Assembly: GCA_037190965.1 (NCBI GenBank)
Contig: JBBCKI010000018.1
Span: forward strand, 1-64,000
Source: Chthoniobacteraceae bacterium
GTDB lineage: Bacteria > Verrucomicrobiota > Verrucomicrobiia > Chthoniobacterales > Chthoniobacteraceae
DNA: 64,000 bases
Reading direction: 5' to 3'
The position numbers and the translations under genes are program-made. Below, piece by piece: positions 46,688 to 55,382 of this stretch (its first letter is position 1; each line of letters starts with the position of its first letter). The notes under the pieces were generated by a model, which saw only the letters and a program-made list of their open reading frames with translations, was not told where the DNA came from and searched no databases.

Positions 46688-46837
46688 CTCGTTCCCAAAC
46701 CCTGTTTGGGAACGCCTGTGTCTTCGAAACTCCAGTTTCGCAACCCTGTCCGTTCCGGCGCCCTGCACGAGGTGACGAAGCTTTCGAATCAGAGATTCGA
46801 GGACAATGGCGTTACCAATCTGGAGAGTGGTAACGAG
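46688..46837. repeat. Composite palindromic element (four hairpins, REP/MITE-like)
   Basis: CTCGTTCCCAAACCCTGTTTGGGAACG, CGAAACTCCAGTTTCG, TCGAATCAGAGATTCGA, CGTTACCAATCTGGAGAGTGGTAACGAG; outer ends CTCGTT/AACGAG are complementary. Confidence 0.75.
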
Positions 46838-46869
46838 GAAATTCAGAAAGATTAGTACGTTGAAGAAAA

Positions 46870-46948
46870 GGCCGCACAAGCACGAGTTGTTGAGAAGAGG
46901 AAACAAGGGCCTTTGGCCATAGGCGGCGTCGCGGAGCTCCGCCCTCCA
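46870..46948. repeat. Family C REP with extended flank
   Basis: Homologous to 38436-38512. Confidence 0.75.
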
Positions 46949-47008
46949 TCTCCCGCAGAGCCCGCGCGGCGCTCGCAAAATCAACGGCTACATCTTTATT
47001 CAAACGCA

Positions 47009-49288
47009 CTATCGGGATGAGGCCTCTGGTTTCGATTCAATAAAATAGGCGCGATCAAGGAAGGTGCTTCCTTCGTTCCCTTCGGCCCCGTCAGCTGCGG
47101 CCAGGAAGAAATAGTCCAGTGTTTTGAAACTGCCCGTGCCGACTTCGATCGTGTGATACTTTTGGCCTTGGCGAAGGCTCAGCTCCTTTCTCAGGATTGG
47201 CTTCGCGGACTGGTGTTGGTTCACCCCAAGAGTGATCTTTCCCTCGGACTTTCCTTCATGCCTGACAACGGCGTAGACTTTCCAGTTTTTACCTTCCATG
47301 CTTCGGGGAAGGTCAAGCGATACGAAGGGCGCGTTGGCTGTGTGCACAAGCTTTGCGGCGGAATTTTGTGAAGCTGTCTTATCCGGAACCAGGAAGGTAC
47401 GAGTTCCATAACCCCACAGATCCATCCTGAACCCCGGAAAGACAACAACCCTATCTTTGCCGGTGAGCTCCGGCAACGGTCCCATCGGAAGGCAGCGAAT
47501 CTTTAGCACTTCGGCCGCTTCCTTGATCGAGCCCCAGCCGTTCGATTTTACGTTGATATCGATGCCTGCATCTTCCGCATCGATGACTAGCTGATCGCAC
47601 GCTTTGATGGCTTCATCATCGGATTGGAAAAGAACCGTCGCAGTGCCGCCCTGGCGCAGTTCGGGATAGCGCAGAAGAACCATATAGTCCAACGCGATGC
47701 GCTCGATCTTTACCCGGCGCAATAGGACAGGATCTTGGATGACGCTCTTTTGAGCTTGATCAAAAAGCTCACGGGCTTTGTTCAATGTCTCGGCGGAAAA
47801 AGGCATGTGTGAAGCTCCGTTGCCGGACATCGTGACATCTGCCTTGTTTGCGGCGGCGTCCATCAGCCTCAGGTACTGATAGAGATCTTTGCCTGCCGCT
47901 CCATAGTAGCCGTTCAAGTAACGTTGGATAAGGGCATTGGCATCCGCCTTTGGATTCCATAGGAGATGCTGGATCAGCCATGCACGCATGCCCATGAAGT
48001 CGGTGACTTGCGCCTTCGTGGGGCCTTGCGAGAAGACGCCGATGACATCATTCTGCGCGAAGAGTTGCAGGTTCTCTCTTTGGCGAAAAAGATTCGGGCG
48101 AAGTTTCAGCGCATCATTGAAGTCTGGCGTATAATCCCAAACGAATATTTGTTTGGAGATCGCCTTCCAATCCCCAAGATCGCGACGGAATTTTGGGTTT
48201 CGCTTGTCGGAGAAGGCCATCGAATGGTCTTCCGTATAACTGCACAGGCGGATCAGGACATTGTCGTCAGGCTTCACCTTCAAGGGCGCTTTGACGGAGT
48301 AAAAGTAAGCCAATGTCTCCACCAGAACATCGGGATGAGACTTCTTCACTTCTCTGGCGATGTCGTTGACGTAGCGAATCAGCGGGCCGCTGGGAGATCC
48401 TTCCTCTTTCTCGACCTCAAGGCACCGGGCGCATTGGCAGCGGTTGTTGTTGTCGTTTTGTGAGAGAGAAATGATTTTTGGGTTGTCCGCTTTGGCGAGG
48501 CGGGTAAGGACGATCTCCAGCATTTTGGCCTTGGCTTCCTCATTGGTCAGGCAGATCTGCCCTTTCAACTGTTCCCATCCAATCCGCTTCCCGTTGACCT
48601 CTGCGCCCCATTCCGGATGCTTTGCCGCATAGACACTTGACGGCATGAAGCGATCGAAAGTATGCACCCAGCCGATGAAGCTGAGATTGCCTCCCAGCGT
48701 CGCAGGTAACCCTTTGTCATCGGCCTGCCCATTGCGTTTGAGCTTTGCCGCAAACTCGGGGTTGTTGGAGATGTCACTAAAATAGGCGTCCCGATAGATA
48801 AACTGTGGGGAGTAAGCAATATTGAGGTCAGGAATGATCAGTTCCGGCTTGCTTGGGATCGTGCTGTCTTTCGAAGTCCACCATTCGCAACCCACGACCT
48901 CCTCCAGGAAATGATACACGGCGTAGAGCGTGCCCCGGGGATCGCCGCCGGCAAGGATCAGGTCGGTTCCTTTGGTTTTGATGAGGATGTCATCGGACTT
49001 CAGGCGGTTCCAACGCACGTCGGGGAGAAGTCGCCGGGTGTCCTGACTGACACCGACATGGATCTTGGCTTTCTTCTCCGATTTTTCACTTTCGTCGGAA
49101 ATCGGAAACTTCGCGCCGGTGACCTCTTCCAGATACTTCTGAAGCTCCTTCGCCGCAGTCTGGGTGGTCAGGGATGCGTCACGTGGGGTAACGATGGTGA
49201 AATCCGTTGCGCTCTTTTCGGCCAAGGTCAAGGCTAGGGCGGGCTGGCATAGCGCGAGAAGAGCAACGGATAGAAGATGATTTCTCAT
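47009..49288 (-). CDS. DUF4838-like secreted protein (putative glycoside hydrolase with GH67/GH20-like N-domain)
   Basis: Start MRNHLL with signal peptide; AAKELQKYL..VTGA, RGTLYAVY.FLE, HTF, QICLTN, SQNDN..C.C..C, LLWNP, YYGAA. Confidence 0.75.
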   Translation of the reverse strand: MRNHLLSVALLALCQPALALTLAEKSATDFTIVTPRDASLTTQTAAKELQKYLEEVTGAKFPISDESEKSEKKAKIHVGVSQDTRRLLPDVRWNRLKSDDILIKTKGTDLILAGGDPRGTLYAVYHFLEEVVGCEWWTSKDSTIPSKPELIIPDLNIAYSPQFIYRDAYFSDISNNPEFAAKLKRNGQADDKGLPATLGGNLSFIGWVHTFDRFMPSSVYAAKHPEWGAEVNGKRIGWEQLKGQICLTNEEAKAKMLEIVLTRLAKADNPKIISLSQNDNNNRCQCARCLEVEKEEGSPSGPLIRYVNDIAREVKKSHPDVLVETLAYFYSVKAPLKVKPDDNVLIRLCSYTEDHSMAFSDKRNPKFRRDLGDWKAISKQIFVWDYTPDFNDALKLRPNLFRQRENLQLFAQNDVIGVFSQGPTKAQVTDFMGMRAWLIQHLLWNPKADANALIQRYLNGYYGAAGKDLYQYLRLMDAAANKADVTMSGNGASHMPFSAETLNKARELFDQAQKSVIQDPVLLRRVKIERIALDYMVLLRYPELRQGGTATVLFQSDDEAIKACDQLVIDAEDAGIDINVKSNGWGSIKEAAEVLKIRCLPMGPLPELTGKDRVVVFPGFRMDLWGYGTRTFLVPDKTASQNSAAKLVHTANAPFVSLDLPRSMEGKNWKVYAVVRHEGKSEGKITLGVNQHQSAKPILRKELSLRQGQKYHTIEVGTGSFKTLDYFFLAAADGAEGNEGSTFLDRAYFIESKPEASSR

Positions 49289-49302
49289 GGAGAATATGAG
49301 GT

Positions 49303-50424
49303 TCAAACTGCGATTGCTAACTGTAAATGTTGACGAAACCACGCCAAAGGAATGAGGCGCTGGCGAAGGTGGGTCATATGGAAGGAGCCATCGGCAAGCG
49401 GTTCCCCGGCGGAGAGTTTCCAGTCGTAGTAAGTGAGGAGAACATTCTCCCCGGTCACGTTCCAGCTCACATAGCCGTAGCTTCGCGTGCGGTCGTGCTC
49501 CAACGTGACGGGAGGGCTCCATGTCGCGCCATTATCGGAGGAGGCAGCAAAGGCGATGTCATGGCGTTCAAACCAGCGGCCGGTGTAAGGGGTATTGCAC
49601 CAGAAGATCCATAGGTCAGAAGACTGGGGATCGCGAACAACGGTGGCGGGTGCCTCGGCTGACGGAATGGTGGATTGGCCCAGCTCCACCCATGACGCGC
49701 CTTCTTCATACGATCGAGCTTGGTAGAGATAGCCCAACTTGGTGCGAATGGTCATGTAAAGGGAGCCGTCGGCACACTCTGCAATTCCGGGTTCCATCAA
49801 GGCGGCATCACTCAACTTCAGATCATCGCTGGCCGCCCAGTTCATCCCGTCGTCATCGGAATAGAGGCAATAGATCAGTTGACGATCATAGTGGTCATAG
49901 ATCGGGCCCGGCGTGTAAGCGAGGGGAGCGATGATTCGTCCATTCGTTGTCCGGATCACCCGGGCATTGTTGATGATATGGTAGCCAATACGTTTGGTAA
50001 TCGGCTCGGGATGAGTCCACGTTTCGCCTTCATCGGTGGAAACCGATTGGTAGATCTGCGAAAGGCTCTCGTGAACCGGCGCTCCCTCCGGCGCGGGATT
50101 GCGTCCAATCAGGATCAAATGGATCCCGCGCGGGGTGCGGAAAAAATTGGGAGAAATCACGTCGATGACACCGTCCCATACGGCTTGGACAACGTGTGGA
50201 GTGCCATCCCAGGTTTTTCCGCCGTCGTTGGAGTACATGCCGACGATGGCGGCTTCACTGAAATCGTCGCCGCCGGATTTCTGCCCCCAGGCGACCAGGA
50301 GACGACCATCAGTGAGTTCGATGGCCGCGGCTTCGCTTTGGCGGGGGTGAGCCGTTGTCGCTGCGGCAATAATCCTGCTCTCGCCTGGCGCGTCGATGCG
50401 CTCTGCGGAAAATGTCTTATTCAT
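49303..50424 (-). CDS. Sialidase-like BNR/Asp-box beta-propeller protein
   Basis: Five Asp boxes (SNDGGKTW, STDEGETW, SDDDGMNW, SYEEGASW, SSDNGATW), MEP..E..DG, YGY; no signal peptide. Confidence 0.8.
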   Translation of the reverse strand: MNKTFSAERIDAPGESRIIAAATTAHPRQSEAAAIELTDGRLLVAWGQKSGGDDFSEAAIVGMYSNDGGKTWDGTPHVVQAVWDGVIDVISPNFFRTPRGIHLILIGRNPAPEGAPVHESLSQIYQSVSTDEGETWTHPEPITKRIGYHIINNARVIRTTNGRIIAPLAYTPGPIYDHYDRQLIYCLYSDDDGMNWAASDDLKLSDAALMEPGIAECADGSLYMTIRTKLGYLYQARSYEEGASWVELGQSTIPSAEAPATVVRDPQSSDLWIFWCNTPYTGRWFERHDIAFAASSDNGATWSPPVTLEHDRTRSYGYVSWNVTGENVLLTYYDWKLSAGEPLADGSFHMTHLRQRLIPLAWFRQHLQLAIAV

Positions 50425-50515
50425 TCAAATATCGTTCTATCGCGCGAAGGGAACGCGGAGGGTGGGCCCGTCAGCCCCAACTAATTGCTTTGTGGGCTTG
50501 AGGGCTGCGGAATTT

Positions 50516-51307
50516 CTACCAGTTGTCAACGGGAGCAGGAGCCCGGGGATAGACGATCTCGTCGTTGTAGGCCCAGAGGTCGACGTTGATTGAGCCTTGG
50601 CCGCTCCAGACGAGCGTTTTCGTTTCAAGTGTCTCTACATGGCCGTCGACGAACAGGCAGTTGATGCGCCCGTCATGCCAGGAGAGATCCCTGATCGCGC
50701 TGGCCCAGGTTGAGCCGTTGGGATAGATCGCCCGAGTTCCGGAGTCGGCCCATGGGAACTCTGCTACAATAATGGTGCGGCTCGGTTTTGTGACATCGGT
50801 AAGCTTGCGGTGGAATAGGAACATGTTCCCTGAATAGCTATGGAGATTGATGCCCCATTTCGACATGTCGGCGGCCTCAGGAATTCCGTTTTTAGCCCCC
50901 AGTTTCTTCAGTCCACCCTTGGTCGGATCGCTGGGGCAGACATAGACCGGGTTTTCGACTCCCAGAGGATAAGCGGGCGTGCCAGACCAGGTTGCTTTTG
51001 GTCCGATATAGCCATCGGTGATCTCCACCAGCCATTGGTTTACGGGCTGGTAAGGATTCGTCCCCTTGGGCATCGGGGTGATCATGTTGTCATGCTCCCC
51101 GAGGTAAACGTTGATGGCTGTCCCGATTTGGCGAAGGTTCGAGATGCACTTCGCCATGCTGGAACTTTTTTTAACCGCCCCAACCGTGGGTAGCAGAATC
51201 GCAATTAGAATGGCAATGATGAGGCTCGTTACCAACAGTTCGACGAGCGTAAAGCCATGACGGCTGTTCCTGTCTTTGGGTCTCGCGCTCAGGATTTGGG
51301 GGTTCAT
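50516..51307 (-). CDS. Prepilin-type N-terminal cleavage/methylation protein with H-X9-DG C-terminal motif (DUF1559-like)
   Basis: G|FTLVELLV...IIAILIAILLP, CISNLRQIG, CPSD, HDGRINCLFVDGHV. Confidence 0.92.
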   Translation of the reverse strand: MNPQILSARPKDRNSRHGFTLVELLVTSLIIAILIAILLPTVGAVKKSSSMAKCISNLRQIGTAINVYLGEHDNMITPMPKGTNPYQPVNQWLVEITDGYIGPKATWSGTPAYPLGVENPVYVCPSDPTKGGLKKLGAKNGIPEAADMSKWGINLHSYSGNMFLFHRKLTDVTKPSRTIIVAEFPWADSGTRAIYPNGSTWASAIRDLSWHDGRINCLFVDGHVETLETKTLVWSGQGSINVDLWAYNDEIVYPRAPAPVDNW

Positions 51308-51349
51308 GAGAGGAAGGGGGCGATGGTGAATGGCTCTCAAAAGAAACGA

Positions 51350-52075
51350 CTAGGGTTTCGATTGGATGGCGCTTGAGGGAGGTGAAAACTCAGCCTTCTC
51401 ATTGCTCCAACGAAGGTAATCGAGATGGTAGGTTCCGCCGATGTAGTCGGAGAAGTCTCCAATCGCAACGGCGTTTCTGGAGAGTGTCGCGCCTCTCACG
51501 TTGGAGAAAATAGCATTATTATCTCCCGCGGCGTACAGGGAGGCTGCCCCGTTTTGAAACGCAATCCTGTATTCGTTAAAGAGAGTGTTGTCGATTCCCT
51601 CAATCGCTTTGACTGACGCCCCGTTTGCAGTGATTCCGCTGATTCCGAAGAAGAAGGTCACGTAATGCTGGCCGTCGGAGACTTGGATGGCAAACCCCGG
51701 TCGCAACCCATTATCCACAGGGCCAACCGTATCTGAAATCTTGATCCGGAAATCGACGGTCGACCCTTTCTCAGGATCGCTGAGCCACGCTTCGGTGGGC
51801 GCGTGGGTGGGAGAGAATTTTCCAAGAGTCCAGAACAGGCGCGTATTGGGATTTCCCACGGAGCTGACTCTTAGCGATCGGGTTTCGTCAACGTCCACGA
51901 TGGCCGCCATGGCATCGCCCGAATTTCCTAAGACGTTCCATTGCGGATTGCTTTCAACGGCATCGGGCAAGGCATCGCCTTCGTAGGAACCAGTGTAGTC
52001 GATGGCTGTGCCGCCATACACCGGCGTCGAAAGAAGTACGGCGGCTGCCAGGGAGGATCGCAGGTTGTGGATCAT
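51350..52075 (-). CDS. Secreted beta-sandwich protein, paralog of the adjacent PEP-CTERM protein without the sorting tail
   Basis: Signal-like MIHNLRS...VYG; aligns along its length with 52107-52934. Start uncertain (52075 or 52123). Confidence 0.72.
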   Translation of the reverse strand: MIHNLRSSLAAAVLLSTPVYGGTAIDYTGSYEGDALPDAVESNPQWNVLGNSGDAMAAIVDVDETRSLRVSSVGNPNTRLFWTLGKFSPTHAPTEAWLSDPEKGSTVDFRIKISDTVGPVDNGLRPGFAIQVSDGQHYVTFFFGISGITANGASVKAIEGIDNTLFNEYRIAFQNGAASLYAAGDNNAIFSNVRGATLSRNAVAIGDFSDYIGGTYHLDYLRWSNEKAEFSPPSSAIQSKP

Positions 52076-52106
52076 GAGAAGAAGTTGCTCAATCGGGAAG
52101 AGTTGG

Positions 52107-52934
52107 CTAATTTTTTCGCGCATTTAACTTCCGGCGCAGAGGAGCGAGAGTGGCGCCGCCAAGGAACAGCCCGAGCAGCGCGGTGACTCCGGGTTCCGGA
52201 ATGGGCGCAGCGAATTCGGCCACCGAGTTGCTCCATTGCAGGTAGTCCAGATTGTATGAACCTGAGACTCCGCTGGAAATATCGCCGAAGAGGATTGCAT
52301 TTCGCCCTGCGACGCCCGCGCCAGTCACATCCTTGAAGATGGGGTTTGCAATGCCTTCCACATAGAAGCTGGCTTTGCCATCCTTGATGACGATGCGGTA
52401 GTTCTTAAAGCCGCTGCTATTGTCGTAGCCTTCGGCACTGAGCCCTGATGTGCCCGAATAGGTGAATCCAGTCGTGCCAATATGAAAGGTGTAAGAGTTG
52501 GCACTGGTTTGATCGGTAACCTGAATGGTGAAACCGCCTCGGGCAGTAGAGGTGGTTGTGCCGACCTGGGCGGTTACCTGAAGGCGGAAATCGATTGTTG
52601 CAGTGCTGGTATTCCAGACACCAGGCGTGCTGCCGGCGTATGCGGTGTTGGCGCTGCTGTTCCCCACAGCCCAAAATTGGTTGGAAGTGATGGTGGTTGT
52701 CGATACGGAGAGAATTCCGTTGGCGACAGAGGCTGTCCCACCGCTGGCGCCGATATGCCAGAGAGGGTCGGCAGTGGTTCCTGCGGTTGCGGAGGGGAGC
52801 GCGTTTGCGAGGTAGGAGCTTGTGTAGACAACAGCTGCCGAGGCCAGGGAAGGCGAGAGGAGGGGCAACGTCGCGATCAATGCGAACTTTAATATCCGAA
52901 CAGCAGGGGAGCTCTTGGAATCAGAGGTGTTCAT
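52107..52934 (-). CDS. PEP-CTERM sorting-domain protein
   Basis: Signal peptide; C-terminal IPEPG, hydrophobic helix, then RRK. Confidence 0.9.
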   Translation of the reverse strand: MNTSDSKSSPAVRILKFALIATLPLLSPSLASAAVVYTSSYLANALPSATAGTTADPLWHIGASGGTASVANGILSVSTTTITSNQFWAVGNSSANTAYAGSTPGVWNTSTATIDFRLQVTAQVGTTTSTARGGFTIQVTDQTSANSYTFHIGTTGFTYSGTSGLSAEGYDNSSGFKNYRIVIKDGKASFYVEGIANPIFKDVTGAGVAGRNAILFGDISSGVSGSYNLDYLQWSNSVAEFAAPIPEPGVTALLGLFLGGATLAPLRRKLNARKN

Positions 52935-53297
52935 GGGTTGTCTTTGGAAAGATCGCTAGCTAGGCGTTGAGAACCAGGCGTCGCGGGTTTGTTTTTCTTA
53001 GAAGTAAAAAGGGGCGAGCCACAGGTCAGGAGGGGGCGCGGCGTGTCGTCTGAAACGCACAGGTGTTGCCCCGGGTCGAGTGGCGGAATCCCCGTTTCGT
53101 TGAGCTCTTTATAGATTTCCCAGGAGCCTTTCGTCAATAAATAATTTCGATTAGTTTTGGATGAGTTTGCACTCTTTTCCAGCCAAGCCGGGTCAGGCAC
53201 GGTTGGGTCGGATCGCCCTGGCTTTCATGATTTGACATCGCTTTTTCCTCGTGCAACGATCCGGAAGATCGTCAACGCTTCCTCACTATCTTTCGAA

Positions 53298-54428
53298 ATG
53301 GCGTCCAATATTAAGCAGTCATCCGCCGTTCTATCTGCAAGGCAAGTGGAGCAGTATTATCGACGGGAGATTTTGACGTCGAAGCTCAAGCCGGGCGATA
53401 AGCTGCCGCCTAACCAGGAGTTGGCCCGCCTTTGGTCTACCAGTACATTTGCCGTTCAGCAGGCGCTTGCAAATCTGACTGCCGAAGGGTTGCTGGATCG
53501 TCGTCAACGGCGGGGCACGTTCGTGAGGGATCTGAAAGAGCGTCCCTTGGTGGGGGTGCTTTTTGGTGAAGATCTCATTCGTGAACCGGCGGGTTTTTAC
53601 AGGGCCTTGTCCGCGTCCATCAAGGAACACCTTGAGCGGGAAACGCATTTGTTGGGAAGGGTCTACGATGGGTTGACTGAGTCTGCCCAGGCCGATCAGT
53701 CCAAGGATACAATCGGCCGTCGCTCATCGGAGCGTCTGCATCAGGATCGTAAGAATTATTGCTTCAAAGGGTTCATCTGCATTGGCACTTCCAACGTCCG
53801 GAGGAAAGATATTTTCGATGACCTGCAACCGCGATCCGTCTTTGAGGACGTCAAAAGAGGGGTTGATATTCTGATTGATCGGGCTCACTTCGGCGAAGAG
53901 ACCATCTCTCAACTGGCCGCGCGGGGCTTTCGCAAGATTGCCTATCTTCAGGTAGTCGGGCCAGGTTCGCTATCTTCCGATAGTGTTTCGCCGGAAATTC
54001 AGGGCGTATTTGACATTGCCAAGCGCCTGTCGATCCCCAAGCCGGTTATTCACAAGATCGAGCTTCCGTCCACGGCCCGCTCGATCGAGAGGGAGTTTCA
54101 TCGGCTGCTGGAGCCGTTGTTTGCGAAAGGCGGGGGGCTCGTGAAGAAGAACGGCCCCGAGGTGATCATCGTCCCTGACGATATTCTCGCGCGTCCGGTT
54201 ATCCTGAAATTGTTGAAGCACGGGATTCGCATCCCCGAGGATGTGAAGATTTGCGTGCAGACCAATGAGTGCGTCGATATTTGTTACGGCGTTCCTGTTT
54301 ATCGTTATGAAATTTCCGTGCACGAAATTGCGCGCAATCTGGTTGGGTTGCTTCATTCTCGAATGGCGAACAATCAGGGGCAGGAAGTGCCCGTTATGAT
54401 TCGTGGCAAGTTTTTGGACCTAGATTGA
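53298..54428 (+). CDS. GntR-HTH plus LacI-type sugar-binding domain regulator
   Basis: LKPGDKLPP..ELA...VQQAL..L..EGLL.R...GTFV; C-terminal DDILA..LLKHGIRIPEDV. Confidence 0.85.
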   Translation: MASNIKQSSAVLSARQVEQYYRREILTSKLKPGDKLPPNQELARLWSTSTFAVQQALANLTAEGLLDRRQRRGTFVRDLKERPLVGVLFGEDLIREPAGFYRALSASIKEHLERETHLLGRVYDGLTESAQADQSKDTIGRRSSERLHQDRKNYCFKGFICIGTSNVRRKDIFDDLQPRSVFEDVKRGVDILIDRAHFGEETISQLAARGFRKIAYLQVVGPGSLSSDSVSPEIQGVFDIAKRLSIPKPVIHKIELPSTARSIEREFHRLLEPLFAKGGGLVKKNGPEVIIVPDDILARPVILKLLKHGIRIPEDVKICVQTNECVDICYGVPVYRYEISVHEIARNLVGLLHSRMANNQGQEVPVMIRGKFLDLD

Positions 54429-54530
54429 ACCCCGGGTTTTTTTCGGCGGCGAACCGTCACAACGTCGGATTTCGGGTCTCCCATGCATGAGAAGCCGTGC
54501 TTTTTGTGAGTTCGGTGGTACGCTCTCTAC

Positions 54531-55196
54531 ATGGGCTTCCTGATTGATCGGTTGAAGCACTGGGATGCACATCATCGGCTGCTGGTTGCGCTAGGAGCCG
54601 CGATTGTGGCTGAGATTTTGGGGACGGGGCATTGGTCCACCCCGGTGCTTATTGTCGTGTCGTGGAATGTCTTTGCTTTGACACTTCTGCTCCTCGCCTG
54701 GGTGCGGATTGTCACGGGCGATCCGACGCGCTTTTTGCGGGAGGCGAGATTTCAGGATTTCGGGAACACGGTGATGTTTTTCGGGGTGCTGGCCGCCGCC
54801 TGCGTCAGTCTCTTCGCAGTTGCCTACCTGCTGGGCAGCGGCAGGCCAGTGAGCAGGGAGGCACTCAGCGGTCACGTCCTTCTCTCCATTCTGACGGTGG
54901 TGTGCTCATGGAGCCTCGTGCACACGCTATTCGCCCTTCATTATGCCCATTTGTTTCACGGCGACAGGAAGGGCGCGAAGGGGGGCGTCAAATTTCCCAA
55001 CGAATTCAACCCCGATTACCTCGACTTTGCTTATTTCTCCTTCGTGATCGGGATGACCTGCCAGGTTTCCGACGTCCAAGTGACGGGGAAGCGCATCCGG
55101 AGCCTTGTTCTATTGCATGGGCTCGTCTCCTTCGCCTTCAATGCCGCGATCCTCGCGCTGGCGATCAATATCGTCTCGGGGCTGGTGACGAAGTAA
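54531..55196 (+). CDS. DUF1345-family membrane protein
   Basis: HTLFALHYAH, PDYLDFAYFSFVIGMTCQVSDV, H..VSF.FN..ILA..IN. Confidence 0.88.
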   Translation: MGFLIDRLKHWDAHHRLLVALGAAIVAEILGTGHWSTPVLIVVSWNVFALTLLLLAWVRIVTGDPTRFLREARFQDFGNTVMFFGVLAAACVSLFAVAYLLGSGRPVSREALSGHVLLSILTVVCSWSLVHTLFALHYAHLFHGDRKGAKGGVKFPNEFNPDYLDFAYFSFVIGMTCQVSDVQVTGKRIRSLVLLHGLVSFAFNAAILALAINIVSGLVTK

Positions 55197-55327
55197 AAGT
55201 GATCGATTCGGAGGACCTGCAAGGTAGCCCGTCCTCACCGAAAGCGCGGGATCGATGAAGAGCCGCGTTTGACGCCCATCCCCGCAGGACGTGCTGCCGG
55301 TGTTGGGTTGCGGGCTCAATAAAGCCA

Positions 55328-55380
55328 CGGGAGCCGATACCCGCGCTCGACGGCGCGAGCGGGCTACCAGTTCTGCCGCA
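55328..55380 (-). repeat. Family A REP copy
   Basis: CGGGAGCCGATACCCGCGCTCGACGGCGCGAGCGGGCTAC..CTGCCGCA. Confidence 0.85.
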
Positions 55381-55382
55381 CT

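Noticed and set aside
49289..49522. N-terminal extension of the 837-aa ORF
   Set aside because: Overlaps the sialidase-like gene; the signal peptide starts at 49288.
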